Below are positions 17,558 to 27,263 of a stretch of 64,000 bases of DNA, piece after piece. This stretch comes from an uncultured Opitutales bacterium (GTDB taxonomy: Bacteria > Verrucomicrobiota > Verrucomicrobiia > Opitutales > JABDGR01). The position numbers and the translations under genes were made by a program. The stretch's first letter is position 1. The number at the start of each line of letters is the position of its first letter. The notes below the pieces were generated by a model. That model was not told the DNA's origin and searched no databases. It was given only the letters and a program-made list of their open reading frames with translations. The DNA lies in contig CAZLPS010000001.1 of the NCBI GenBank assembly GCA_964561455.1, forward strand, positions 48,977 to 112,976, in the 5' to 3' direction.

Positions 17558-19030
17558 ATGGTGAATCAATTGCAGGCAGAGCCGACCGTCGCCACCCTCG
17601 AAAAGGGCACCGTGGGCCGGGCGGAACGCCAGGTGACGAACCTGATTTGCGTCTGGCTGGTCATTATGCCGTGGCTCGTTGGCGCACGCTTTTGGTGGGT
17701 GCAGGCGCTCACCGCCGTTATCGGATTGGCGGCCCTGGTGGTGGCGGTGCGTTCGCCCGAAGGCCGGCAAACTTTGCTCCGGTTTCCCGTATTCTGGATT
17801 GGCCTGTTGTTTGTCGGTTATGTGGCCTGCCAGGCGCTCAATCCCTGGGGCGTGGCCACCCAGCGCGTGCCGGGCATAAACGTGTGGGACGTGACCACCC
17901 GCGACCACGTCGCCTGGCTCCCGTCGGGAGTGATTGCAGTCTACGCCCAAATGGGCACCTGGCGGATGTTTACTTATTGGCTCGGGCCCTGGTTGCTGGT
18001 GTGCGCGTGGTGGGCGGCGGTCCGCCGACGGCGCAGTGGCCATCGTTTCGCGCTGATTGTCTTCATCAATGGCGTCGCCACCGCCGCCGTCGTGATTTTT
18101 GAATTCTTTCATCACCCCGCCAAGATCCTGGGCGTCTATGCCGACCCCGGTTTCGAGCCAGATATAATGGCCGGATTGACCTCGTCAGCGGGATTTGTGA
18201 ACCATAATGCGGCGGCGGCATATTTGTACTTGGCCTTGGCGGCTGGCTTGGGCGTCGCTTGCCGGCTGCAAGCCCGTGCGGCGGAGGAGGTCCGCGACAG
18301 CGGCGTGACCTGGATTCCCCTGCTGGGCTGCCTGGTCATTGTCGCGGGTTTGTTTGCCGTGGGCAGCCGGACCGGATTAGTTTTGGGCTGCGCCATTTTC
18401 TTGATCGGATTTGGTTTGATGCTGGCGTGGTCGCTGTTCGCGGTGAACCGGTCACCGGGTTTATGGGTGGGCGGCCTGATCTTGTTGGTGGCCGCCGGCG
18501 GCCTTGCCGCTTACGAATTTCACTCCGGAAATTCCGGCACACTGGAACGGTGGCGGTACCTGAATGCGCATCCGGAGGATCAGGATGTCCGCGCCATCTT
18601 GCGCCAGGAATCCTTGCACATGATGCAAGCGCATCCATGGCTGGGATGGGGCGCGGGCACCTTTCGCTACGTCTCGCCAAATTATTTCTATGCGGACCAA
18701 CGCTTCCTTAGTTCCTCTTCCATCGGCGGTTTGTCGCTGTGGACGGATTTCGCCCATTGCGACTGGCTGCAATTCCCATTGGAGTATGGTGCCATTGGCG
18801 GTGGGCTCGTGCTGGCCATGTTGATTTACGGTCTGGGCACCGCGTTGTGGCATATCCGGCGGCTGGGCCTTCCCGGGGTGATGGCCCTTCTCGGTGCCGG
18901 GGCGATGCTCGCCCATTCCGCGGTGGATTATCCCATGTTTAACGCCGCGGTCTTTGCGCTCTTTGCGCTATTGGTGACCACCACCCTGAAAACCGCAACG
19001 CTCGCGGTGCGGCGTTCCGGGCGATCGTAA
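17558..19030 (+). CDS. O-antigen ligase/Wzy-like membrane protein (second paralog)
   Basis: GFVNHN, GSRTG, PWLGWGAGTF, AHCDWLQFPLEYGAIG, HSAVDYP. Confidence 0.78.
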   Translation: MVNQLQAEPTVATLEKGTVGRAERQVTNLICVWLVIMPWLVGARFWWVQALTAVIGLAALVVAVRSPEGRQTLLRFPVFWIGLLFVGYVACQALNPWGVATQRVPGINVWDVTTRDHVAWLPSGVIAVYAQMGTWRMFTYWLGPWLLVCAWWAAVRRRRSGHRFALIVFINGVATAAVVIFEFFHHPAKILGVYADPGFEPDIMAGLTSSAGFVNHNAAAAYLYLALAAGLGVACRLQARAAEEVRDSGVTWIPLLGCLVIVAGLFAVGSRTGLVLGCAIFLIGFGLMLAWSLFAVNRSPGLWVGGLILLVAAGGLAAYEFHSGNSGTLERWRYLNAHPEDQDVRAILRQESLHMMQAHPWLGWGAGTFRYVSPNYFYADQRFLSSSSIGGLSLWTDFAHCDWLQFPLEYGAIGGGLVLAMLIYGLGTALWHIRRLGLPGVMALLGAGAMLAHSAVDYPMFNAAVFALFALLVTTTLKTATLAVRRSGRS

Positions 19031-19040
19031 TCCATCCGTC

Positions 19041-20003
19041 ATGGCTCCGGCCTTTATCATCACGCTCGACACCGAAGGCGACAACCTTTGGTCGCGACCC
19101 CGCACGGTTACCACGCGCAATGCCGCCTCGCTGCCGGCCTTTCAAGCCTTGGCCGAAAAGTTTGGCTTTCGCCCCACTTGGCTCGTGAATTGGGAAATGG
19201 CGCACGCGCCCGCCTGCCGGGAGTTCTTGCAGGATGTGCTCGCCCGCGGCACGGGCGAAGTTGGCCTGCACTTGCACGCGTGGGACACGCCGCCGCTCGA
19301 ATCCCTCACCGGCGATGATTCGCAACACCATCCGTTTCTTGGTGAGTATCCCGAGCCGCTGATGCGGGCGAAAATGGAACGCCTTGCGGGCGCGTTGGAG
19401 GATGCGTTTCAACAACCGTTGCGCAGCCACCGGGCGGGGCGGTGGGCGTTTGACGGCCGTATCGCCCGCTGGTTGCGGGAGCATGGTTTTACAGCCGACT
19501 GCTCCGTGTGTCCCGGGATTGATTGGCGTTCCACCAAGGGCGACCCCCAGGGCACGGGCGGGCCCGATTATCGCGGCGCGCCGTCTGAACCGTATTATTT
19601 GGATGAGCGCAACGTGATTAAGCCCGCCACCAGTCCGACGACCAGCGCCGTTCTCGAAGTGCCCATGACCATCGGCCAGCCCAGGGCAAACTTGACCGGG
19701 TTTGTGGTCGAAGCTTTTTCCAAACGGCACTATTGGCTTCGGCCGAATGGCCGCAACGGTGCGGCGCTGCGCGAACGGGTGGACGAAGCTGTCGCGGACG
19801 GCCGCGCGCACTTAATGGTTATGCTGCATTCGTCCGAATTGATGCCCGGTGGCAGCCCAACCTTTTCCGACGATTCCGCCATTGCGCGCCTGAACGAAGA
19901 CCTTGCGGCCTTGCTGGCCCACGCCCGCGCCCGCGGCTGCCGTGGCCGCACCCTGGGCGAATTCGCCGCCGAGTGGCGCGCCATGTCGGCCCTGGCCGTT
20001 TAA
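19041..20003 (+). CDS. Polysaccharide deacetylase, WalW-like
   Basis: ITLDTEGDNLW, GLHLHAWDTPP, HRAGRW, MLHSSELMPGGSP. Confidence 0.8.
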   Translation: MAPAFIITLDTEGDNLWSRPRTVTTRNAASLPAFQALAEKFGFRPTWLVNWEMAHAPACREFLQDVLARGTGEVGLHLHAWDTPPLESLTGDDSQHHPFLGEYPEPLMRAKMERLAGALEDAFQQPLRSHRAGRWAFDGRIARWLREHGFTADCSVCPGIDWRSTKGDPQGTGGPDYRGAPSEPYYLDERNVIKPATSPTTSAVLEVPMTIGQPRANLTGFVVEAFSKRHYWLRPNGRNGAALRERVDEAVADGRAHLMVMLHSSELMPGGSPTFSDDSAIARLNEDLAALLAHARARGCRGRTLGEFAAEWRAMSALAV

Positions 20004-20014
20004 TTGGATTTCTT

Positions 20015-21103
20015 ATGTCTCATAATTATGCCGTTATTTTAGCCGGAGGCCGGGGCGAGCGCTTCTGGCCGCAAAGCCGGATTGTTCGCCCCAAACACTT
20101 GTTGCCCATTGTGGGCGACCGCCCAATGGTCGCGCAGACGGTCACGCGAATGGCGGGCTTGGTGCCCCCGGATCACGTGTTCATTTTGACCAATGCCGAG
20201 CATGTCGCCGCCGTGCGCGCCGCCTGTCCGGAAATTCCCGCCGGGCAAATCATTGGCGAACCCGTGGGTCGCGACACCGCACCGGCCGTGGCTTTGGCCG
20301 CGCTCCTCGTCCGGCGCCGTGATCCCGACGGCGTATTGGCACTCTTGGCCGCCGATGCCGCCATTCACGATGACGCCAGTTTTCGCGCGGTCTTGGGCGC
20401 CGCCTTCGCCACGGCCGCCACGCAGGACTATATTTTTACCGTCGGCATTCCTCCGGCCTATCCCGCCATTGCCTATGGCTACCTGCATCGGGGCGAAAAA
20501 CTTGGCGAACATGAAGGCCGTCCATGGTACAAAGTCGAGCGGTTTGTGGAAAAGCCTGACCAAGCCACGGCCACGCGCTACTTGGCTGAGGGCGGTTATT
20601 GGTGGAACGCCTGCATGTTTATTGGACGGGCCACGGTTCTCGAAACGGCCTTCGGCCGGCAGGCCCCAGCCATCGCCGCTGGCATGGCGGAATTGAACAC
20701 GCGCTTGGACGCCGGCGCCGCCCTGCCAGTGGCGCTTGCCGCGGTGTATCCAACACTGACCAAAATTTCCGTGGACTATGCAGTCATGGAAAAGGCCCCG
20801 AATGTGGCGGTATTTGAAGCTTCTTTTGATTGGGACGATGTCGGCGAATGGCCCGCGCTCGTTCGGCACTCCCAACCGGACGCCGCCGGCAATGTCACCC
20901 GGGGTGACGTGGTTCTGCATGAAGCGCGCGGCAATATCGTCATTGGCGAATCCGGCCACCTCCTTGCCCTTTTGGGGGTGGACGACTTGGTGGTGGTGCA
21001 TACCCCGGACGCGACGTTGGTGTGTCCCAAGGCCCGGGCGCAAGAGCTGAAAAAATTGCTCAAAAATGTCGAAGCCAGACCCGGCGGCACGCATTGGTTG
21101 TAA
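20015..21103 (+). CDS. manC: Mannose-1-phosphate guanylyltransferase
   Basis: VILAGGRGERFWPQSR, EPVGRDTAPA, FVEKPD, SVDYAVMEK, WDDVGEW. Confidence 0.92.
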   Translation: MSHNYAVILAGGRGERFWPQSRIVRPKHLLPIVGDRPMVAQTVTRMAGLVPPDHVFILTNAEHVAAVRAACPEIPAGQIIGEPVGRDTAPAVALAALLVRRRDPDGVLALLAADAAIHDDASFRAVLGAAFATAATQDYIFTVGIPPAYPAIAYGYLHRGEKLGEHEGRPWYKVERFVEKPDQATATRYLAEGGYWWNACMFIGRATVLETAFGRQAPAIAAGMAELNTRLDAGAALPVALAAVYPTLTKISVDYAVMEKAPNVAVFEASFDWDDVGEWPALVRHSQPDAAGNVTRGDVVLHEARGNIVIGESGHLLALLGVDDLVVVHTPDATLVCPKARAQELKKLLKNVEARPGGTHWL

Positions 21104-21121
21104 TTTCTGTTTCCCTCGATC

Positions 21122-22165
21122 ATGGCCCTTTACCTGGTTACCGGCGTTGCCGGATTCATTGCGTCGCGCGTGGCGGCGCTCTTGCTGGCTGACGGCCATG
21201 CCGTTGTCGGCCTGGATAATCTGAATGATTATTACGACGTGCGGTTAAAGGACTACCGGCTGGCGCAGTTGCTGGGCGAAACCCCCTGGCTGCCCGGCGG
21301 GGACGCCCGTCAATCGCAATTCGGCGGGCCCGGCCGACGCATCGCGGAAGACGGGCGGTTCGTCTTCGAGGCTGTGGACGTCGAAAATTTGGCCGCGTTG
21401 GATGCCCTTTTTCGTGATTTCCACTTTGATGCGGTGTTCAATCTGGCGGCGCGTGCCGGGGTGGGGTACAGCGTGGAAAATCCGCATGTGTACCTCACGA
21501 CGAACACGCATGGAACCCTGAATTTGCTGGAATGCATGCGCCGGCACGGTGTGAAAAAGCTCGTGCTGGCCTCCACTTCATCGCTTTACGCCGGTTGTGC
21601 GATGCCGTTTACGGAGGATTTGCCCGTGAATACACCGCTGTCGCCGTACGCAGCAACCAAAAAGGCGGCGGAGTTGATGGCCCACAGCTACCATCAATTG
21701 CACGGCCTCGACATTTCCGTGGTGCGTTATTTTACCGTCTTTGGCCCGGCGGGCCGGCCCGACATGAGCATCTTTCGCTTCATTCAATGGATCGAAAACG
21801 GCCAGCCGCTCCAACTCTTCGGCGATGGCCGGCAATCCCGTGATTTCACCTTCGTGGACGACGCCGCCCGTGGCACCATTCTGGCGGCAAAACCAGCCGG
21901 CTATGAAATCATCAACCTCGGTGGCGGGCGCTCTCCAACGTCGCTGGCGGAAGTCATCGCCCGCATCGAAATCGCCTTGGGCAAAAAAGCCGTTGTCCAG
22001 GGGCATCCGCCCATGGCAGCCGACATTGTGGCCACCCGGGCCGATATTTCCAAGGCCGCCAAATTGTTTGGCTGGCAGCCGCAGGTCTTGTTTGACGACG
22101 GCCTCGCCGCCACCGTCATTTGGCATCGCCGCCATGCCGCCTGGCTGGGACTGATCCCTTTGTAG
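21122..22165 (+). CDS. NAD-dependent epimerase, UDP-glucuronate 4-epimerase-like
   Basis: TGVAGFI, NLAARAGV, ASTSSLY, YAATKK, RYFTVFGPAGRPDM. Confidence 0.85.
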   Translation: MALYLVTGVAGFIASRVAALLLADGHAVVGLDNLNDYYDVRLKDYRLAQLLGETPWLPGGDARQSQFGGPGRRIAEDGRFVFEAVDVENLAALDALFRDFHFDAVFNLAARAGVGYSVENPHVYLTTNTHGTLNLLECMRRHGVKKLVLASTSSLYAGCAMPFTEDLPVNTPLSPYAATKKAAELMAHSYHQLHGLDISVVRYFTVFGPAGRPDMSIFRFIQWIENGQPLQLFGDGRQSRDFTFVDDAARGTILAAKPAGYEIINLGGGRSPTSLAEVIARIEIALGKKAVVQGHPPMAADIVATRADISKAAKLFGWQPQVLFDDGLAATVIWHRRHAAWLGLIPL

Positions 22166-22175
22166 ATAATTGAAA

Positions 22176-23228
22176 ATGCTTGCAGAAACCCAAAGGACCA
22201 AGGTGAAAGTTCTCGCCCTTATCCCCGCCCGCTCCGGCTCCAAGGGCATTCCCCATAAGAATGTGCAATGGGTTGCGGGCAAGCCGCTCCTTGCGCATTC
22301 CATTGTGCAGGCGCGCGCCAGTGCCGTCGTGGACCGGGTGATTGTCAGCACCGACAGCGAGGCCTACGCCGCCATTGCGCGGCAATACGGGGCCGAAACA
22401 CCGTTCCTGCGGCCGGCGGATATCTCCGGTGATTCCGCCACGGACTGGCAGGTTTTTCACCACGCCCTGGCCTGGTTGCGTGAACACGAAGGTCTCTGTC
22501 CGGAAATCGTGGTGCACTTGCGGCCAACCCACCCCCGGCGTGATCCCGAGGACATTACGGCTGCGGTCGAATTGCTGCTGGCCCATCCGGAGTGGGACAG
22601 CGTGCGCTCCGTTGTGTCGGCACCGCATACGCCCTATAAAATGTGGCTCAAGAATGACGATGGCACCCTGCGGCCCGTGGCCACTTGCGCCCACCCCGAG
22701 GCGTACAATGAGCCTCGCCAGGTCTTGCCGCCCACCTACCTTCAGAACGCCGCCATTGATGTCACCCGCGCCGCAACGGTTTTGGCAAAACACTCCATGA
22801 CTGGGAACAAAATCGGCGCTTTTTTAATGACGGAATTTCAGGACATTGACACGCCGGAGGAACTGGAACAGGCCGCCCGCGCCTGGCACCAGCCCGGCCG
22901 CACCCCTGCGGGCAAGACTTTTGTCTTCGATATTGATGGTGTGATTGCCCGCCTCACCCCGGACAATGACTACCGGCGCTCCGAGCCGCACGAGGAAGTC
23001 ATCGCCATCGTGCGCCAGTTGCACCGCTGCGGCAATCGCATCATTTTGTACACGGCTCGCGGATTTGTCACCGGGATTGACTGGCGGGAACTCACCTCCC
23101 GGCAATTGGCCGCTTGGAATGTTCCCTACCACGAATTGCATTTTGGCAAGCCGGCCGGGGATTTCTATGTGGATGACCGGATGGTTCCCCTCAGTGAGAT
23201 TCTCCGCATTTCCGCTGGCGACGCTTAA
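22176..23228 (+). CDS. Acylneuraminate cytidylyltransferase (NeuA-like) fused to a C-terminal HAD phosphatase
   Basis: IPARSGSKGIPHKN, STDS, FLRPADISGD, HLRPTHP, DIDT; then FVFDIDGVI, YTARG, GKPAGDFYVDDR. Confidence 0.85.
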   Translation: MLAETQRTKVKVLALIPARSGSKGIPHKNVQWVAGKPLLAHSIVQARASAVVDRVIVSTDSEAYAAIARQYGAETPFLRPADISGDSATDWQVFHHALAWLREHEGLCPEIVVHLRPTHPRRDPEDITAAVELLLAHPEWDSVRSVVSAPHTPYKMWLKNDDGTLRPVATCAHPEAYNEPRQVLPPTYLQNAAIDVTRAATVLAKHSMTGNKIGAFLMTEFQDIDTPEELEQAARAWHQPGRTPAGKTFVFDIDGVIARLTPDNDYRRSEPHEEVIAIVRQLHRCGNRIILYTARGFVTGIDWRELTSRQLAAWNVPYHELHFGKPAGDFYVDDRMVPLSEILRISAGDA

Positions 23229-23274
23229 TTTTGCGCGTCTTTGCCTGCCGGCATTCTTTCCTAATCCCACCGCC

Positions 23275-24765
23275 ATGAATATACCAAACTCACCTCTGTT
23301 CATCTTTGAAATGGCCAACAACCATCAAGGCAGCCTTGATCATGGCCTGCGCATCATCCAGGAAATGTCGGCGATCGTGCGCCGCTACGGCATCCGCGGC
23401 GCGGTCAAGCTGCAGTATCGCGATTTGGCCTCTTTCATTCACCCCCGGCACCGGCACGGTGAGCACAAACACATTAAGCGCTTCTTGCAAACAGAGCTGA
23501 GCCGGGAGAATTACCACACGCTGGCCCAAGCCATTCGCGACCAGGGCATGATCTCCATTTGCACTCCGTTTGATGAACCCTCAGTCGAGGACCTGGTGAA
23601 CCATGGCATTGAAATTATCAAGGTTGCATCCTGCAGTGCCAACGATTGGCCACTCCTTGAGCGCATGGTGCAGGCGCAAAAGCCCATCATTTGCTCCACC
23701 GGCGGTTTGCGCATTGAGGAAATTGATCAGGTGGTCAATTTCTTTGAGCACCGGCACGTGGCGCGTCTGTCGCTTTTGCATTGTGTCGGCCGCTACCCAA
23801 CCCCCGACGACGGCATCCAGCTCAATTTCATGGAACGCATGATGCGCCGCTATCACCAGCACGAGGTGGGATACTCCGGCCATGAAGCGCCGGATAACAT
23901 TCACGTGGCTCTGTGCGCGGTGGCCAAGGGCGCCAGGATCCTTGAGCGTCATGTGGGTGTGGCCACTGAATCCATTAAGCTCAACGCCTACTCCATGAAT
24001 CCGGCGCAGACCGCCCTTTGGGTGGAAGCCGCGCTCAAGGCCCTCGTCATCGGTGGGGACCCGGCAGGCGAGAAGCATGTCACGGAAGATGAAAGTGAGT
24101 CACTGCTTTCGCTGCGCCGTGGTGCGTTTGCCGCCCAACCGGTCGCCCAGGGCGAGTTGCTGACCCGGGAGAAGGTCTTTTTTGCGATGCCCTGCCAGCC
24201 GGGTCAATCCACGGCCACTGAATGGCAGCCCACCATGGTCGCTTCCCGCGATTATGCCGTCGGCGACGCCCTGGGGGAACGCCGCAAGACCGGACTGACC
24301 AACCAGTTACGCGCCATCATCCACCAGGCCAAGGGGCTGCTGCGTGAGGCCCGCATTGAAATTGGACCGAATTTCACCATCGAAATGTCCCATCATTATG
24401 GCGCGGAAAAGTTTCGCTCCTGGGGTGCCCTGATCGTGAATCTGATCAACCGGGAGTATTGCAAAAAGTTGATCATCATGCTCCCGGCCCAGCGCCATCC
24501 CAACCATCGCCATTTAAAAAAGGAGGAAACTTTTCAATTGTTGTGGGGTGACTTGGAAGCCGTCCTCGATGGCGTGACCCACCGTTTGCTGCCGGGCGAC
24601 ATGCTGCTCATCAATCGCGGCCAATGGCACCAGTTCACCACCGTGGGTGGATGCATCTTTGAAGAGGTTTCCACCACCCACATTATCGGCGACAGTTATT
24701 ACGAAGACCCCGCCATTGCCGTTCTGGACCCCATCCGCCGCAAAACGGTGCTGGATATGTGGTAA
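23275..24765 (+). CDS. Nonulosonate synthase (NeuB family) with SAF domain and C-terminal D-lyxose-isomerase-like cupin
   Basis: FEMANNHQG, KLQY, TPFDE, KVAS, STGG, LHCVGRYPT, GYSGHE, LERH; C-terminal YCKKLIIMLPAQRHPNHRHLKKEETF...WHQF. Confidence 0.87.
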   Translation: MNIPNSPLFIFEMANNHQGSLDHGLRIIQEMSAIVRRYGIRGAVKLQYRDLASFIHPRHRHGEHKHIKRFLQTELSRENYHTLAQAIRDQGMISICTPFDEPSVEDLVNHGIEIIKVASCSANDWPLLERMVQAQKPIICSTGGLRIEEIDQVVNFFEHRHVARLSLLHCVGRYPTPDDGIQLNFMERMMRRYHQHEVGYSGHEAPDNIHVALCAVAKGARILERHVGVATESIKLNAYSMNPAQTALWVEAALKALVIGGDPAGEKHVTEDESESLLSLRRGAFAAQPVAQGELLTREKVFFAMPCQPGQSTATEWQPTMVASRDYAVGDALGERRKTGLTNQLRAIIHQAKGLLREARIEIGPNFTIEMSHHYGAEKFRSWGALIVNLINREYCKKLIIMLPAQRHPNHRHLKKEETFQLLWGDLEAVLDGVTHRLLPGDMLLINRGQWHQFTTVGGCIFEEVSTTHIIGDSYYEDPAIAVLDPIRRKTVLDMW

Positions 24766-24807
24766 CCGCCAGCGGCCCGGATTTGCGCGGCGACCGTGGA
24801 CAACCTC

Positions 24808-26103
24808 ATGAAGATCGGCATATGCATCGCGGATTACGATATCCGCAACGACTTGGCCGACTTGCTGCGCGGCCTCGCGCGGCGGCACGAGGTGGTGGTG
24901 CTGGCCACCCCGATTGAACTGCCGCGAGTCGGCGAGGGGCCCTGGGAGAAGCGTCCGGTCCGGATAAAAATCAGCTGGTGGAACCGGATGTGGCTGGCGC
25001 TATTCGGTTATTTGGGCCGGGTGCCGGCCAGCAAGGACAACTTTTTGCAAAATTCGTTTTTCCTTTTGCAAAAACTTCCGCCCGCCCGCCGGGGCCGCGC
25101 CGCGGCCTGGCTGCGGCTGCGGGCAAAATTGCCGCCGCTGTTTACGTTTGACCGGTTGTTGAAGCTCTTGCGCGGGTCCGTCGCCAGCATGGATGATCTC
25201 GACGCGATTCTCTTCATTACCAATGTCGCCAGCCCCGAGTTATTGGCGCAAGCTCTGCGGATGGGCCGCCCCTGTGCGGCGTACGTTTACAGTTGGGATC
25301 ATGCGCCGAAATTTGACCGCTTCTCCCGGCGGGTGGCCTGCTATTTCACCTGGAATCAAGGGATCGCCGACGATTTGGCCCGGTTGCAGGATATCCCCTT
25401 GTCGCACACCCGGCCTGTCGGCGCCACCCAGTTGGTTTTTATTCGCGACTACTTGAATTCTCCAGCAGCGCGCCGCCGGAAGATTCCATTCCGTTATGCC
25501 TATTACGGCTGCGCCATCGCCGTGCCGGGCCTCGTCGAGCAGGAAGTCCGTTTGGTCGAATGGCTGGCGGACGAACTGGCGCTTGAAGACCCCGGACTGA
25601 AACTCATTGTCCGCCCCTATCCCATGTTGCGTGACACGACTTCTTTTCGCCGCCTCCGCCAGCGGCCCAACGTGGTTTTCGACGATGAATACCGCGAGGA
25701 AGTGCAGGAGCGGGTGATTCCCCGCGTGGACGTGTTTTCCAAGTTCAACCTGCAGGAGCATGCTGAGTTATTCTTTCATTGCGGCACCACCATGGGACTC
25801 GAGGGCGCCTATTTCGACGCCCCGATATTCTTTCTCGCCCCTGAGGATGTGGATTTTGGCGTGCTGCCCGGCGGTGACCTGCATGTCAGCCGGTTCTTTC
25901 GCACCTTTCATAATGAAAAGTACCTGATGTTGTCCCGCTTTCCCAACGTCGTGGTGCGGGCGGCGGATTTGCGCCCGCGGATCCGCGCCGCCCTCGCCGG
26001 CCGCGAATCCTATTTGCCCTACAATCGGGCCGTGCGTGCCGAAACGCCCTTGCGATCCATGGATGAAATTGCCGGGGACATTGCCTCCGGCCTCCAGCCA
26101 TGA
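24808..26103 (+). CDS. Hypothetical GT-B-like protein, candidate nonulosonate transferase
   Basis: YSWD, LIVRPYP, GTTMGLEGAYFDAP resemble GT-B/glycerophosphotransferase-like folds; position directly after the synthase. Confidence 0.5.
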   Translation: MKIGICIADYDIRNDLADLLRGLARRHEVVVLATPIELPRVGEGPWEKRPVRIKISWWNRMWLALFGYLGRVPASKDNFLQNSFFLLQKLPPARRGRAAAWLRLRAKLPPLFTFDRLLKLLRGSVASMDDLDAILFITNVASPELLAQALRMGRPCAAYVYSWDHAPKFDRFSRRVACYFTWNQGIADDLARLQDIPLSHTRPVGATQLVFIRDYLNSPAARRRKIPFRYAYYGCAIAVPGLVEQEVRLVEWLADELALEDPGLKLIVRPYPMLRDTTSFRRLRQRPNVVFDDEYREEVQERVIPRVDVFSKFNLQEHAELFFHCGTTMGLEGAYFDAPIFFLAPEDVDFGVLPGGDLHVSRFFRTFHNEKYLMLSRFPNVVVRAADLRPRIRAALAGRESYLPYNRAVRAETPLRSMDEIAGDIASGLQP

Positions 26104-27263
26104 ACCGGCCCGATAAGATTGGGGTGGTTTGCGAGAAATTTCCGCTGGTGTCCCAGACTTTTGTACTGCGACACGCGGAAGTCCTCGATGCCGAAATATT
26201 TGCCTTGGAACTCACCGCGACAATCGAGGATCCGGCCTGGGCCGGCCGGGTGCATGCGGCGGGCATCACTCCGGGCCGCAATCGCAGGCGCGTGCTGGCA
26301 GAGCGGATCTACCGGCGCTTGTTCCACCCGCCCTGGCGGATATGGCTGCCCGGCGAACAGCGCAAATTATGCGACCAATTGCGGGAACGGAATATCGCCG
26401 CCGTCATCGTGGAGTTCGGCCAATGTCTGGTGGGTTGCGGCGAACGGATCTTCGATGCGGGGGCTCGCGTGGTGCCTTATTTTCACGGAGTGGACCTGTC
26501 GGCCCATTTGCGCGATGCGCGCTATGTCCGCAAATTGCGCCCGCTGTTGCATCGCTGCGCCGACGCCATTGTCGTGAATGAGCTAATGATTGGCCGCCTG
26601 CGAAACATCTTTGGCTTCCGCGGCCGGATTCACTTCGTTCCCTGTGCGGCGGATGATGCCTTGTTTGCCCATCAATCCCGCGCACCACATCCCGGTTTCA
26701 AGTTTCTGTTCGTTGGCCGTCTGGTCGAGAAAAAGGGCGTGGTCGAATTGGTCCGCGCCTTCGCCCGCTATGTCGAACTGGGCGGGCAGGGTGATTTGGT
26801 TATTGCGGGCGATGGCCCCGAGCGGGCCAGCGCCGAGGAGGCCGTCCTCAAAGCTGCCTTGGCTTCCCGGGTGGATTTCAAGGGTCCCGTGACCCATGAA
26901 CACGCGGCCACATTGATGCATGCGGCGGACATTTATGTTCAGCATTCCAAAGTGGGCGCTGACGGCGACGAGGAAGGCTGGCCCGTGGCAATTGCGGAAG
27001 CTTGCCTGGCCGGTTTACCGGTGGTGGCCACTTGCCACGCAGGCATTCCCCAGCAAGTCATTTCCGGTCAGACCGGCTGGTTGGTTCAGGAAGGCGATAT
27101 CGAAGGCATGGCGCGCGCCATGCTTGCCTTGGCGCAATCGGCGGCCTTGCGCGAGACCTATGGTCGGGCCGCCCAGCAGCATATCCGGAAATTTTGCGAC
27201 TCTGCGGCCTATCGCATCCGTTTACGTGAAATCCTGCATAACCCGGAGTCCGCCACGTCGTGA
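26100..27263 (+). CDS. GT4 glycosyltransferase (WcaL-like)
   Basis: FPLVSQTF, FHGVD, VGRLVEKKG, EEGWPVAIAEA, HAGIP. Confidence 0.88.
   Translation: MNRPDKIGVVCEKFPLVSQTFVLRHAEVLDAEIFALELTATIEDPAWAGRVHAAGITPGRNRRRVLAERIYRRLFHPPWRIWLPGEQRKLCDQLRERNIAAVIVEFGQCLVGCGERIFDAGARVVPYFHGVDLSAHLRDARYVRKLRPLLHRCADAIVVNELMIGRLRNIFGFRGRIHFVPCAADDALFAHQSRAPHPGFKFLFVGRLVEKKGVVELVRAFARYVELGGQGDLVIAGDGPERASAEEAVLKAALASRVDFKGPVTHEHAATLMHAADIYVQHSKVGADGDEEGWPVAIAEACLAGLPVVATCHAGIPQQVISGQTGWLVQEGDIEGMARAMLALAQSAALRETYGRAAQQHIRKFCDSAAYRIRLREILHNPESATS

Noticed and set aside
19733-20014. Long N-terminal extensions in the ORF track (manC, kdsB, NeuB, flippase, wecC, FkbH, purU)
   Set aside because: They overlap upstream genes or repeats and lack homology; downstream ATGs coincide with family N-terminal motifs, so they are not real fusions
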